A stretch of 64,000 nt of DNA from an uncultured Armatimonadetes bacterium (GTDB lineage Bacteria; Armatimonadota; UBA5829; DTJY01), in the NCBI GenBank assembly GCA_963717145.1, contig OY970325.1, positions 1,792,001 to 1,856,000 on the forward strand. The letters are read 5' to 3'. A program made the position numbers and the translations under genes. The notes beneath the pieces are model-generated. The model was not told the origin of the DNA. It worked only from the letters and a program-made list of their open reading frames with translations, and did no database searches. Shown here in pieces: positions 38,726 to 48,933 of this stretch; the first letter of the stretch is position 1, and every line of letters begins with the position of its first letter.

Positions 38726-40616
38726 TCACTGCACGTACTGCAACTTCTCTTTCGCCAGTTCGTTCGCGGGATCGAGTTCGAGCGCCTTCAGGAACTGCGC
38801 GCGAGCCGCATTGCGATCGCCCTGATGGGAAAGACACCATCCATACTGCACTCGGCCATACGGTGAGAAGGGCAGTTCGTCCACGTAGACCCTCAGCAGA
38901 TCGGCGGCTGAATCGAGGGCGGCGCGATCCCGCGCGTCCTGCCACCGGAACTGATAGGCTTTCGCGAGTTCCATCCGCCAACCGAGGTCCGGGCACAGTT
39001 CGAACCCCTTCTTCGCAACCTCGAGCATCTCGTCATGACGCTTGAGGCCCATGAGTACGCGGCATTTGAGTTGGAGCGCACTTAGCCGGACTTGGGGGTC
39101 CTTGGCCTTGCTGAGCGCTGTCTCGGCCAGACGCAGCCTTTCCTCCCGTGTCTCCGCACGGTCGGCGTTGGCCATCAGCACCCAGCCCCGAATGACGCAC
39201 ACCTCCGCCGAGCCTTGACCGAATGCCTGCTCAGCCTGGGCGAACACCGCCTCCTGGTCGATTCGTTCGCCTCCCCACAGCGGAGAGACGCTGACGCCGT
39301 AGGTCTGATACGCGTTGAGGTCCTTCGGGTCGATGCGCATCAGTTCGCTGAACGCGGCCTCGACGTCCTGCCGGGGACCGATCTCGCGAGCGATATCAAG
39401 TATGCTCTTCCACGCCCAGACGCAATCCGAGTCCAGTGAGACTGCGATCCGGGCCTCTTTCTGCGCCTCCTCCGAGTTCTGCCGCCATGCCCTCTTGACA
39501 GACGCGGACATGTCGTTGAAATAGTGGCCCTGGCGTGCATTGCCGGCAGCGATGTCGTATGCCTTGGACAGCAGGGCATGGGAAGAGGCGCGTGTCGGCC
39601 AGAGTGCGACCACCTTCTTCGCCTCCTCTATGGCGAGGTCCGCATCATACCTCCCGATCGCGGTGTAGGCCAGCATATCGTGAGCGCGCACCAGGCCGGG
39701 GTCACGACTCACCGCCGACTCCAGGATGCCCTGCGCCTTGCTGTATTCGAACTGACTGAGGTACAACTGCGCCCGCAGCACATCGACATACGCGTTGCCG
39801 GGGTGCATCGTCCCGAACACGAGTGAGGAGTCCGCGGAGCTTGTCGTCATCGCGGATCTCTCGCCAGGACTGCGGTCCATACACGTAGAATTCAAGCGTG
39901 CGAAGGGTGGCAAAGAGTGAGTCACCCTCCGACTCGCACATCTGCCAGCGGAGTCTCTCGGCCTCATCGAGGTTCTTGTTCCGGTAGCTCTTCGCGTAGA
40001 GAACAAGCGTCTCGGGCTTCCGGAATACAGGCTTGTTGGGGAACTGCGACGCGCCTCTCGGCGGCTTCATCGCCTGCAGGATCTCCCTCCCGAGAGCAAC
40101 CTGCATGGCGGGCAAGTCCGACAGGCTGCCGGACCGATGGGCGGTCTTGACGAGTGACTTGCCGTCGTCAGCGGTCACATCGAGCAGTCGGAGCGTTATC
40201 GACACGCCGTCACCATCGAGCTTGAGGTCCCCCGCGACGGCGTACCTCACCCCAAGGCGCTCTCCGGCGCGCATCGCCAAATCGTCCGACAGCGAATCCC
40301 CCGGACCGCTGTTGAGACGCAGGTACTGGGCCGAGAGTTCGCGCCAACTTGGCTGCTGGACGAGGCTCTTGGGCGCGGAGTAGAACCAGTCGGACAGCGC
40401 GCGAGCGAAACCGATCGAGTAGAGCACGGCATCCTTGTCGCCCTGCGGCCGCAGGTTGAACACGACGATGGTGTCCGAGGGAGAATCCTGGGGCGCGACC
40501 GCGGAGGGGGTTTTCGCCACCGGGCCCATGGCTATCAGGCCGAAAACCTTATAACGCCATACAGTCGCCATCAGACTGACGATCAGCACGAGTACCAGGG
40601 CGATCTTCTTACCCAT
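38726..40616 (-). CDS. TolB-like N-terminal plus TPR-repeat exported protein (1-nt frameshift near 39812)
   Basis: ORFs 39702..40616 and 38726..40006 join as ...LLTRVR/TMHPGNAY...; TPR-like ending ARAQFLKALELDPANELAK. Confidence 0.7.
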
Positions 40617-40665
40617 TCCGAGCCTCCGCTGCCCATTGGCAATTGTCTGCCTGCCGCAAAGGGAT

Positions 40666-40692
40666 GTTCTCCAGGCGACCGGCTATTCCTGC
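40666..40692 (-). promoter_or_regulatory. SigH-like promoter motif GCAGGA-N17-GAAC
   Basis: About 50 bp upstream of the TPR gene start. Confidence 0.45.
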
Positions 40693-40784
40693 AGGGCCGG
40701 GCGTGAGGGTTGACTTGCGGATTCCCCAGCGGTTACCATCTAGCAACGTGGCATATGGCCGAGTCCGGAGGCGGGAGGGTTGCC

Positions 40785-41165
40785 ATGGCAGAGGATTGTC
40801 GAGAGAAGCGAAGGCTGATAGCAGTCGCGGCGAAGTGCCTGGCGCTGGTATGGGCCGGATGGTGCACATTCTGCGTCCTGTCCAGCGGTCTGAGCGACGA
40901 GACAGGGATGATCGGGACACTCAAGAACGGCTTCTGGTTTGGGCCGGCTGCCCTCGTGATCGCGTTGATCGCCTTACGCTGGGAGATGCTCGGGGGCGTT
41001 TTGTTGGTGCTCACAGGGATCGCTTGGAGTATCGTGTACCCCGTTGACTTCAGTGCAGGAACGGCGACGGTCGTCTTCATGCTGCTGACACTCGTTGCAC
41101 CTCCCCTGATCGCAGGGATCATGCTGCTGGCCCGCTGGTGCGGACCGAAGGAGAATACGAAGTGA
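40785..41165 (+). CDS. Small 4-TM membrane protein
   Basis: GGGAGG RBS; four hydrophobic segments, WE..GG motif. Confidence 0.75.
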   Translation: MAEDCREKRRLIAVAAKCLALVWAGWCTFCVLSSGLSDETGMIGTLKNGFWFGPAALVIALIALRWEMLGGVLLVLTGIAWSIVYPVDFSAGTATVVFMLLTLVAPPLIAGIMLLARWCGPKENTK

Positions 41166-41497
41166 ACTGTGATGTCGTTCTGATCGGGCAGGCGGGGCTT
41201 GGAGCGGGTGACCCGCAGCTTGGCGGGCTGATACTGGCGAACTTCCTGCGGCTGCTCGGGGAGCGCGAGGATCGGCCGGAGTACATCATCCTCTGGAACG
41301 AGGGCGTGCGGATCGCGGTCGAGGGCTCGAACTGGATCAACCATCTGAGGCGGCTCGAGGAGCAGGGCGTCAAGATCGTTTGTTGCCAGACGTGCATCGA
41401 GTTCCTCGGACTCGAGGGCCGGATCGCGGTCGGTGAGATCGGGAATATGCCGGGCATACAGGATATCCTGTTCACACGGCGCGTGCTCACCGTCTGA
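41162..41497 (+). CDS. DsrE/YedF-like sulfur-transfer protein
   Basis: GLGAGDPQLGGLILANFL, LWNEGV, CQTCIEF, VGEIGNM; GTGA overlap. Confidence 0.85.
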   Translation: MNCDVVLIGQAGLGAGDPQLGGLILANFLRLLGEREDRPEYIILWNEGVRIAVEGSNWINHLRRLEEQGVKIVCCQTCIEFLGLEGRIAVGEIGNMPGIQDILFTRRVLTV

Positions 41498-41518
41498 GCA
41501 CATGTGGGAGGACGGCGG

Positions 41519-42019
41519 ATGATCCGTGAGATGAATGAGTCTGAATTCGAGGTCTTCTTTCCGCTCATGGCGGAACTCGAGGCCGGAAATCATTTTGACT
41601 TCGACAACCCCAGGCACATCGAGTGGCTGAGGCGAAGGATCGCCGCGCATTTCGCCCGCGGGATGCGCGTTTTCGGGTATTACCTCAATGGCTCGCCGGT
41701 AGGTTTCGCTGCCGTGATCGTCAACGATGGTCCGGATGGCGTGACCGACTGCTGGCGGAGTGCTGAACTGCTCGATATTGGATTTCTGCAGGAGTTTCGG
41801 GGACATGGCTATGGCTCGGAACTGCTCCAGCACGTGGAGGAGTACGCAGAGCAGGCGGGCGTGTACTGCCTCTTCATGGTAACCTATGCAGCCGAGCACC
41901 GCCGGATAGCGTTCTACGGCAAGAACGGATATGTTCCCGTCGCCACGATGCCGGATGTCCACGGACCCGGCGACGAGGGCGAAGTATACATGCGCAAGAT
42001 ATTGACCAAGGAGGACTAG
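41519..42019 (+). CDS. GNAT-family acetyltransferase
   Basis: FRGHGYGSELL acetyl-CoA motif, FYGKNGY. Confidence 0.88.
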   Translation: MIREMNESEFEVFFPLMAELEAGNHFDFDNPRHIEWLRRRIAAHFARGMRVFGYYLNGSPVGFAAVIVNDGPDGVTDCWRSAELLDIGFLQEFRGHGYGSELLQHVEEYAEQAGVYCLFMVTYAAEHRRIAFYGKNGYVPVATMPDVHGPGDEGEVYMRKILTKED

Positions 42020-42022
42020 CTG

Positions 42023-42454
42023 ATGGCAAAGGCAGATAGCGGCAAGACAGTGAGGGTCGACTACACCGGACGGCTGAATGATGGGACGGTATTCGATAGC
42101 TCGGAGGGGCGCGAACCACTGGAGTTCGTCCTCGGCGAGGGACAGGTGATCCCGGGCTTCGACCAGGGCGTGATGGGCATGGAGACCGGCGATGCGAAGA
42201 CGATCACCATCCCGTGTGAGAACGCCTACGGTCCTCGTCAGGAGGACCTGGTGGCGGAGATAGACAAGGGATCCTTCCCGCCGGACATGGAGTTGACCGT
42301 CGGAGATATGCTTCGACTACAGCAGCCGGATGGAGCCACGATCGCGGCGACGGTCGCGGAGATCAAGGACGGCAGCGTGGTTCTCGATGCCAATCATCCG
42401 CTCGCGGGCCAGGACCTGACCTTCGACGTGAAGCTCGTGGAGATACAGGGGTAA
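42023..42454 (+). CDS. FKBP-type peptidyl-prolyl isomerase (SlyD/FkpB-like)
   Basis: YTGRLNDGTVFDSS, PLEFVLGEGQVIPGF, AYG, DANHPLAGQDLTF. Confidence 0.95.
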   Translation: MAKADSGKTVRVDYTGRLNDGTVFDSSEGREPLEFVLGEGQVIPGFDQGVMGMETGDAKTITIPCENAYGPRQEDLVAEIDKGSFPPDMELTVGDMLRLQQPDGATIAATVAEIKDGSVVLDANHPLAGQDLTFDVKLVEIQG

Positions 42455-42502
42455 GGAGTCGAGGAGCAAGGGAGTCGAGGGGCAAGGGATAAGGAACAAG
42501 GA

Positions 42503-42617
42503 ACCGTCAGTCCTGAGTTCGCCGGTGAATGACGGCGTGTATCGAAGGACGGCCTTTATCCATCGAGCCGTCCTTCGTTACACGCCGTCATTCACCGGCG
42601 AACTCAGGACTGACGGT
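42503..42617. repeat. REP-like inverted repeat between convergent genes
   Basis: ACCGTCAGTCCTGAGTTCGCCGGTGAATGACGGCGTGTATCGAAGGACGGC ... near reverse complement; flanked by short 7-mer repeats. Confidence 0.92.
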
Positions 42618-42636
42618 GTTGATCACCGTTCACTGC

Positions 42637-45330
42637 TCACCGTTCACTGCCCACCGGAAACACGTCCCACTTCGGCAGGTTCACGATCTCCTGCTCCATC
42701 GCGAGCCACGGTTGAGGGTCTTTCGACTGGGCGCAGAAGATGTGGACCGGCGTTCCCGGCTTGTCGTAGGTCTCCCCCGGCTGGAGGAGCTTGCCGACTT
42801 TCACCCGCGCGTCGGAGTGCTCCGAGCCGTTCTCATCCTTCCAAAACAGCACCTCGACGCCCGACGACGGCCTGGCCATGATGCCATATGACGCACCGAC
42901 CTGCTTGTCGGTCCATGCCGCGGTGCCGCTGATCCCGCGCGGATCGGCCTCGTCGCCCTCACTGCTCCCACCGATGTTCGACTGCAGGTGGTAGAAGTAA
43001 GCGCCGAGCTTCCACGGCCTGCTGTCCGTATTCGTGAGCGACAAGAACTGCGCGGTGAACCACTGTTTCTTCGGGTAGAACATGAAGGCGTAGGTCGTGC
43101 GATATCCGAATGGCCCGGACGGCGAACCGGCATCGACCTTGTTTTCCAGGGTCACTTCGACCCGATTGCAGACCGCGCCGTTCCAGACGCGAAGTGCGCT
43201 GAATGCATTCGGCTTGACCCACCACGAGCCTCCCGCGGCCTCGTGTATCAACGCGTCAAACGAGCCGATCTCCAGATCCCCAAGTAGGATGGTGTCTATG
43301 GCCGACGGTTTGTCGAAACGCTGGGTGAACTTGAGCACGGTCGCGTCTACGGTGAATGACTCGAACGGTCCGACCGACGGAGCGATGAGAACGGCGTCGT
43401 TCGCCGAAGCATCAAACCGCACGTAGTACGTTGCCGTCTGCTCACGGGAGAGCACGGCCTCGAGGAGCAACTCATCATCCGGGGTGATCGTGCCCGAGCC
43501 ATCGAGGTCATGCACCTCGGCACGGACAGCCGTCCCCTTTGCATCGACGACGCGAACCAATGGCTTGTCCGGTAGCTTCATGGTAGCAAGTAGCTTGGAC
43601 AGAGGAATGCTCATCGGATACGTGCCGGCTACCGGCGCACGTACTCCGATGGCGGCATCCTTCTTCGCGGGATCGAGAACATATATGAACTGCGAGAGCT
43701 TGTTGTCCCCGCGACGGACCTCGATCAGCTTGGCGTCCGGATCGATCTGCGCCTCAACATAGTGCGCACCGGGAGGCGGTAGGGCATCGACTGACACAGT
43801 TTCGGATCGGCCAGCGGGTAAACTGAGCGCTTTGGTATGCTTCTTTCCGTCGACAGCCACAACGAGCGATGTGTCGGCATCCAGCATCCCGGTGTTCTTA
43901 ACGCGGAAAGTCAACTGCTTGCCCTTTGCCTCGACGCTCTCCAGGGCGACCTCGGCGGTCTTGCCGGAATGGATGTCATATGCGAGCGGGTTCACTCGGG
44001 CGACGGTCTCGGTGAAGACAAGCCAGGGATCGTCGTTCACGTCGACCAGGCCGTAGTTGCTGTCCTCCGGGAAGTTCTTCGCTATCCCCTGAGCGGGCTC
44101 ATCGACCCACATGAAGTAGTCGCTCCCGACCATGAACGGCAGCGAGAAGAACGTCTTCTGGTAGACCTCGAAGCACTTCGCCTTGTCAGCCTGAGTGCGT
44201 ACTCTCATGCCCGCGCCGTGAACAGACGGCAGGCCGGCATCGAGCGCGGGGAAGCTCCACTCGGTACACATCATGGGCCGCTTGCACTGAGTATACCAGT
44301 CGGTCAGAGTCTCCTCGAGATCGACGGGAATGAGCGTATCCAGGTCTACCTGGCCGTAGATGTTGAAGCTCACGATGTCGCAATACTTGCCGGCGATATC
44401 CCAGATCGGCGGCGCATTTCCAGCAAACCGGCAGCCGATGATCATGTGGTTGGGATCAGCCTTTCGGATGGCGGCGGTCGTGATGGCGAAATAGCGGTCG
44501 GCGCAGAGGGAGACGAACCTGAGCTTGTCGTCGATCACCTTCTTGTTCGCATGCTCCTGCCATTCCGTCGAGGCAAGGGCATCGTCCCAGCTCTTGAGAG
44601 AGGTCATCCAGACGGCGTTCAGCTTCTCGATTGTGCCGTACTTCGTTTTGAGAAGGTCAACCAGAGCCTTCTTGCCCTCATGGACCGCCGGCCGCTTGAT
44701 CGCCTCGCCCGCGAGTCCGATGTCTCCCCCACCCTTGCCGAACCACTCGAGTTCGTTGTCGAGGAACCAACCGAAGAGCCAGGGATCGTCCTTGACGCCT
44801 GCGCATTGCTTGCGAGCCTTCTCGTTGCAGTACTCCTCGAATGCGGGATTGAAGACGTTCGGGAAGCCGGTCCAGTGGACCTTCTCGACGAGGCCGTCTT
44901 TGCCGGCGTACTCCGCCCCCATGCCTGTGAACTCCATGTAGGTGAGGCCTCGGCCGCGCGTGGAGGGCGAGTTGTTCGCGCCGAGGGTGTTGAATCCCCA
45001 CTGCTTCAGGCGGTCGGTGCTCGACTTCGCCCAGGCGGATTCGTCGTCGTTGAACTTCTTGCGGACGTTCTTGGCATACGGAGCATATCCGAGGGTCTCG
45101 CACCAGTGAACGTTGTAGTTGCAGTGGTCCGTCCCGACGGCATAGAACGCCGCGCCTGTGGGATCGAAGCACCACCACCTGTCGCCGATCTTCTCGACGC
45201 GGAAGAAGCCGGTCGCCCGAGAGGTGACGCCGGTCCAGCCCCCGTATTCGGTCTTGTCAGCAGCGCGGGCGGCGCAGAAGATCCCGCCGGCCAGGAATAT
45301 GAGAATCGTCAATCTGAGCACAGCGATCAC
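42637..45330 (-). CDS. Secreted clan GH-A hydrolase (beta-agarase/GH50-like) with CARDB-like domain
   Basis: ATGFFRVEK..RWW, WGFNTLG, GWFLDNE, NHMIIGCRF, CTEWSF, ED(S)NYGLVD; VKNTG...IDPD...E...DN. Confidence 0.75.
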   Translation of the reverse strand: MIAVLRLTILIFLAGGIFCAARAADKTEYGGWTGVTSRATGFFRVEKIGDRWWCFDPTGAAFYAVGTDHCNYNVHWCETLGYAPYAKNVRKKFNDDESAWAKSSTDRLKQWGFNTLGANNSPSTRGRGLTYMEFTGMGAEYAGKDGLVEKVHWTGFPNVFNPAFEEYCNEKARKQCAGVKDDPWLFGWFLDNELEWFGKGGGDIGLAGEAIKRPAVHEGKKALVDLLKTKYGTIEKLNAVWMTSLKSWDDALASTEWQEHANKKVIDDKLRFVSLCADRYFAITTAAIRKADPNHMIIGCRFAGNAPPIWDIAGKYCDIVSFNIYGQVDLDTLIPVDLEETLTDWYTQCKRPMMCTEWSFPALDAGLPSVHGAGMRVRTQADKAKCFEVYQKTFFSLPFMVGSDYFMWVDEPAQGIAKNFPEDSNYGLVDVNDDPWLVFTETVARVNPLAYDIHSGKTAEVALESVEAKGKQLTFRVKNTGMLDADTSLVVAVDGKKHTKALSLPAGRSETVSVDALPPPGAHYVEAQIDPDAKLIEVRRGDNKLSQFIYVLDPAKKDAAIGVRAPVAGTYPMSIPLSKLLATMKLPDKPLVRVVDAKGTAVRAEVHDLDGSGTITPDDELLLEAVLSREQTATYYVRFDASANDAVLIAPSVGPFESFTVDATVLKFTQRFDKPSAIDTILLGDLEIGSFDALIHEAAGGSWWVKPNAFSALRVWNGAVCNRVEVTLENKVDAGSPSGPFGYRTTYAFMFYPKKQWFTAQFLSLTNTDSRPWKLGAYFYHLQSNIGGSSEGDEADPRGISGTAAWTDKQVGASYGIMARPSSGVEVLFWKDENGSEHSDARVKVGKLLQPGETYDKPGTPVHIFCAQSKDPQPWLAMEQEIVNLPKWDVFPVGSER

Positions 45331-46553
45331 TCCTTGGGGCAGATGGTCACGACGTCGGCGGGTACGTCCCGGCAGAGCGTGCCGACAGCCTCGTCACGAG
45401 TGTACTCCTGATCGAGTTCCAACCGCTCGTACGAGATGACCACCGATGTCGGCCTCGATGCGGATGCGTGCCGGACGATGCCTTCGATCACCTCGCGCGA
45501 GCGCATCAGCACCTTGCGCACAGGCACTCTATGCCTCTTCAAGCCGCGCTCCGCCTCGTCGAAGAGCCTCGCGGCTTCCTCCTCCTTGTCGGGTATCGAA
45601 GCCTCGAGTGACATGGTCCTCGGCACGGGAATGACGTACAGGAGTTCGACATCGAGCTTCATCGCGGACGCCTGCATCCCGACGAAATCCACGGCGCGCT
45701 GCCACGAACCGATGAGCGGGAACACAATCGTCGGTTCGGTGGCTCGGACGGAGCCTCGCCCTCCCTGAGGAGTTTCCTCCTCCGGCTCGGCGCTGCAGAT
45801 GACCGCTACTTCGCACTCCACCTCGCGGCACATCGTTCCTGAAATGTCCTGTTGTCTGCTGATCAGCTCGAACTCACTCTTCCAATACGCGACGATCAGC
45901 AGCCTGGGATTCGATTCAGCAGCGAATTTCGCGACACCGTCAATCGGTTGCCGGGCTCGTGTGCTCAGCTTTCGTGCGGCGACGCCCCGGACCTTGAGCA
46001 ACGCTTCGGCTTTGGCGAGGACGCGTTCCGCTTCCTTCTCCTTTTCGGGGAGCGGGACTCCGAGGGCCTGAGCGCGCGGCACTTCGATGACATACAGCAC
46101 GTGGATATCGGCCTTCAGCTTCGATGCCTCGGCGACAGCATAGTCGAGCGACCTGTGCCAGTCGCCGATGAGAGGGACGAGAACGACCGGACTCCGCTGC
46201 CCCCCGGGGATCGTCTCGGCGCCGCTGACCGCCAGAGAGGCACGAGCTTCCTCGACCGTGGCGGCCCGAGGAAGCTGCGAGCGGATTCCCGGCACCATGC
46301 CGATCGCTTGCGCGATCTCATCGGAGAGCCCTGCAACCATCACTCGCGCATTCTGGGACTCGATGTACTCGCTCGCGTCCAGGAATGTCTGCGCGCCGAG
46401 ATCGCTCACCTCGGTCAACTCGCTGCCATCGATGATGACCCCCGCGGGGTGCCGTTTGAGCAGCAGGCTGACCACTGATTTCAGGGCGGGCCAGTGATTC
46501 TCGACAAGTACGCCCCTTATTATGATTAAGTCGCCTTTCGACTGGATGATCAT
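45327..46553 (-). CDS. STAS domain plus two universal-stress-protein domains
   Basis: VIIDGSELTEVSDLG (STAS); two VP/FPLIG.W...(H/E)(V/L)LYVI.VPR...L USP repeats. Confidence 0.8.
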   Translation of the reverse strand: MIIQSKGDLIIIRGVLVENHWPALKSVVSLLLKRHPAGVIIDGSELTEVSDLGAQTFLDASEYIESQNARVMVAGLSDEIAQAIGMVPGIRSQLPRAATVEEARASLAVSGAETIPGGQRSPVVLVPLIGDWHRSLDYAVAEASKLKADIHVLYVIEVPRAQALGVPLPEKEKEAERVLAKAEALLKVRGVAARKLSTRARQPIDGVAKFAAESNPRLLIVAYWKSEFELISRQQDISGTMCREVECEVAVICSAEPEEETPQGGRGSVRATEPTIVFPLIGSWQRAVDFVGMQASAMKLDVELLYVIPVPRTMSLEASIPDKEEEAARLFDEAERGLKRHRVPVRKVLMRSREVIEGIVRHASASRPTSVVISYERLELDQEYTRDEAVGTLCRDVPADVVTICPKE

Positions 46554-46560
46554 TGTCGGA

Positions 46561-48423
46561 TCACCTTTCCAGGTAATATCGAACGTTCGCAGTGATTATA
46601 TCCCGTCGGAACAAGAGCGCTATCCTGAGGATCAGGCCGGACTGGTTGTGCAGCAGCTTATGCCACCACTTCGCGGGAACGAACTCGGGGATCACGACCG
46701 TGATCCGATAGTTCTCGCGTTCGATCTTCACTTCCTCGAGGTATTCGATCAACGGACCGAGGAGCGACCTGTACTGGGATTCCAGGATGACCAGCGGGAT
46801 GCCTCCGCCCCATCGGTCCCAGCGGTCGATCATCAACTCCGTGTCCACTGGGTCGGTCTCGATATGGATAGCCCGCACGTCGCCGGAGAGGGATTTCGCA
46901 TACTCCAGCGCCGGAAGAATGCCTCGATGAAGCGACGGTGTCAGCACCAGAACGGTGTTCTTCATCGGAACGAAATCGTCATTACCCCTCAGACGGAGTT
47001 CGTTGCCGATGGTGATGTAGTGTTTGTGGACTGCCCAGAAAGCGTACCCCAGCGCGGGGATGAGCACCACCACGATCCAGGCGCCTTCCTTGAACTTCGT
47101 GCCCGACAGGACTAGCGTGACTATGGCCGTCACGACGGCGCCGATCGTGCTCAGCGCCGCCTTGGCCTGCCATCCGGGCTGTCGCAGCTTCCTGAACCGA
47201 ACCGCCATGCCGTATTGAGACAGAGTGAACGAGAGAAACACTCCCACCGCGTACAGAGGGAGCAACGAGTGCGTGTCGCCGTGGAACAAGACGATCAGCA
47301 GGCCCGCGAGGAGTGACAGCAGCAGGATGCCGTTCGAGAAGACCAGCCGATCGCCGACGTTGTAGAGCTGGCGCGGCATGAACCGGTCTCGCGCCATGAT
47401 GGACGCGAGCCTCGGAAAACCGGCATAGCTCGTATTCGCGGCAAGGAGCAGGATCATGGTCGTGGCCCACTGGATCATGTAGTAGAACCATGAACTGCCG
47501 AATGTGGCCCGGGCTATCTGCGACACGACTGTCTCGTAATGCCTGCTCGTGTCGTAGGGGCTGATAGGTACGACCTGAGCATGGTAGGCCAGGAAGCTCA
47601 CGCCCGCAAACATCACTGTCAGGATAGCCGCCATCGTCAGCAGCGTCCTGGCCGCGTTTCTGGCTTCCGGCGGCTTGAACGCCTGGACCGCGTTGCTGAT
47701 CGCCTCGGTCCCGGTCATCGCGGTGCATCCACCGGAGAACGCTCGGAGGAGCAGGAATAGACCGAGGGTATGCACGACCGGAACCTGCGGCATCTCAGCG
47801 GCGCTTGGCGCGACCAACCCGCCGGTCATCTCCCTGTAGAAGCCGATGGCAATCAGCGCAAACATACTCAGAATGAAAACGTAGGTCGGCGCGGCAAAGA
47901 GCGCACCGGACTCACGCACGCCCCTGAGGTTGCCCAGGGTCAGAATCGCGATGCCTATGAGGCTCAAGACCACTCGATGCTCGGCGTACTGCGGGTATGC
48001 GGATATGAATGCCGCCACACCGGCGGCGATACTGACCGCCACGGTGAGCGTATAGTCGATAGTCAGAGCCGCGCCCGCAGCCAGGCCGGCCTTATCGCCC
48101 AGGTTGTCCTTTGCGACTATGTATGCGCCGCCCCCGGACGGATAGGCGTATATCGTCTGTCGGTAGGAAGTGGCGACCAGCCACAGCAGGACCACGATCG
48201 TGAGGCCTATGAACACCACCATCGGCGACATCAGGATCGCGGGCCCCGCCAGAACGAGCACGAGCAGAATCTCCTCGGTCGCATACGCCACCGAAGACAG
48301 CGCATCGGAAGCGAAGATCGGGAGCGCGAGGAACTTCGGCAGTCTCTCGTGTATCGCCCTCCAGGTTGGCAGAGGAGACCCCACCAGTATTCGTCGTATC
48401 TGAAGCCAAATGCCGGATAACAT
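46561..48423 (-). CDS. kimA: APC-family K+ transporter, KimA/YdaO type
   Basis: FASDALSSVAYATEEIL, AYPSGGGAY, DYTLTVAVS, GTEAISN, ANTSYAGFP, cytoplasmic PEFVPAKWWHKLLHNQ. Confidence 0.88.
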   Translation of the reverse strand: MLSGIWLQIRRILVGSPLPTWRAIHERLPKFLALPIFASDALSSVAYATEEILLVLVLAGPAILMSPMVVFIGLTIVVLLWLVATSYRQTIYAYPSGGGAYIVAKDNLGDKAGLAAGAALTIDYTLTVAVSIAAGVAAFISAYPQYAEHRVVLSLIGIAILTLGNLRGVRESGALFAAPTYVFILSMFALIAIGFYREMTGGLVAPSAAEMPQVPVVHTLGLFLLLRAFSGGCTAMTGTEAISNAVQAFKPPEARNAARTLLTMAAILTVMFAGVSFLAYHAQVVPISPYDTSRHYETVVSQIARATFGSSWFYYMIQWATTMILLLAANTSYAGFPRLASIMARDRFMPRQLYNVGDRLVFSNGILLLSLLAGLLIVLFHGDTHSLLPLYAVGVFLSFTLSQYGMAVRFRKLRQPGWQAKAALSTIGAVVTAIVTLVLSGTKFKEGAWIVVVLIPALGYAFWAVHKHYITIGNELRLRGNDDFVPMKNTVLVLTPSLHRGILPALEYAKSLSGDVRAIHIETDPVDTELMIDRWDRWGGGIPLVILESQYRSLLGPLIEYLEEVKIERENYRITVVIPEFVPAKWWHKLLHNQSGLILRIALLFRRDIITANVRYYLER

Positions 48424-48673
48424 CTTGGTTGCTCACTTTGCGCGTACACGACTGCTTACATGCGAGCCAGGACAGATCATACCCTTCGAAGCCTGCGGAG
48501 GGCAAGCCCGCGGTAGCGGCTCGAATGAACCATATGATACTCCGTGGAGGCGCGACTTGGCAACACCGCCTGCATTGCGGCGACGTCAGCCGCAAAACAA
48601 TGGTTAACGAGGTACGATCATGGGAACAATCAATTGAGTCTCGCAACACTGCGAGCGGACGCAAGATAATCTA

Positions 48674-48702
48674 TTGACAAAATGGGGAAAAAACCTTAAA
48701 GT
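48674..48702 (+). promoter_or_regulatory. Sigma70-type promoter of the peptidase gene
   Basis: TTGACA-N17-TAAAGT. Confidence 0.55.
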
Positions 48703-48933
48703 GAAAACACTACCAGTAGTGGAATGCACGCAAGGAAGCCCCCCAACCTCCGGCATTACTCGCAGGCAGGAGTGAGCAAAGATTGTGGAAGAAACACGGT
48801 GGCGGGGATTTCGAGTCTAGGGACAGGCTCGACCTCTTTCCCACCTCACTTCGCATGCTGGACGGTGATATGCCATAGTGACACCTGTGTTCGAATGCGT
48901 GGCCGTCACGCCTATGGAAAGGATAACCTGCTA

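Noticed and set aside
732-45411. Long antisense ORFs (e.g. 732..1859, 2067..3425, 23908..25713, 28503..30080, 43837..45411)
   Set aside because: Shadow ORFs opposite well-supported genes, expected at high GC, with no family motifs.
48424-48670. c-di-AMP (ydaO) riboswitch upstream of kimA or kdp
   Set aside because: The expected conserved segments (GCTGAATCC, GGGGGAACC, GTCAGCTAACC) were not seen by eye on the coding strand; cmscan would settle it.
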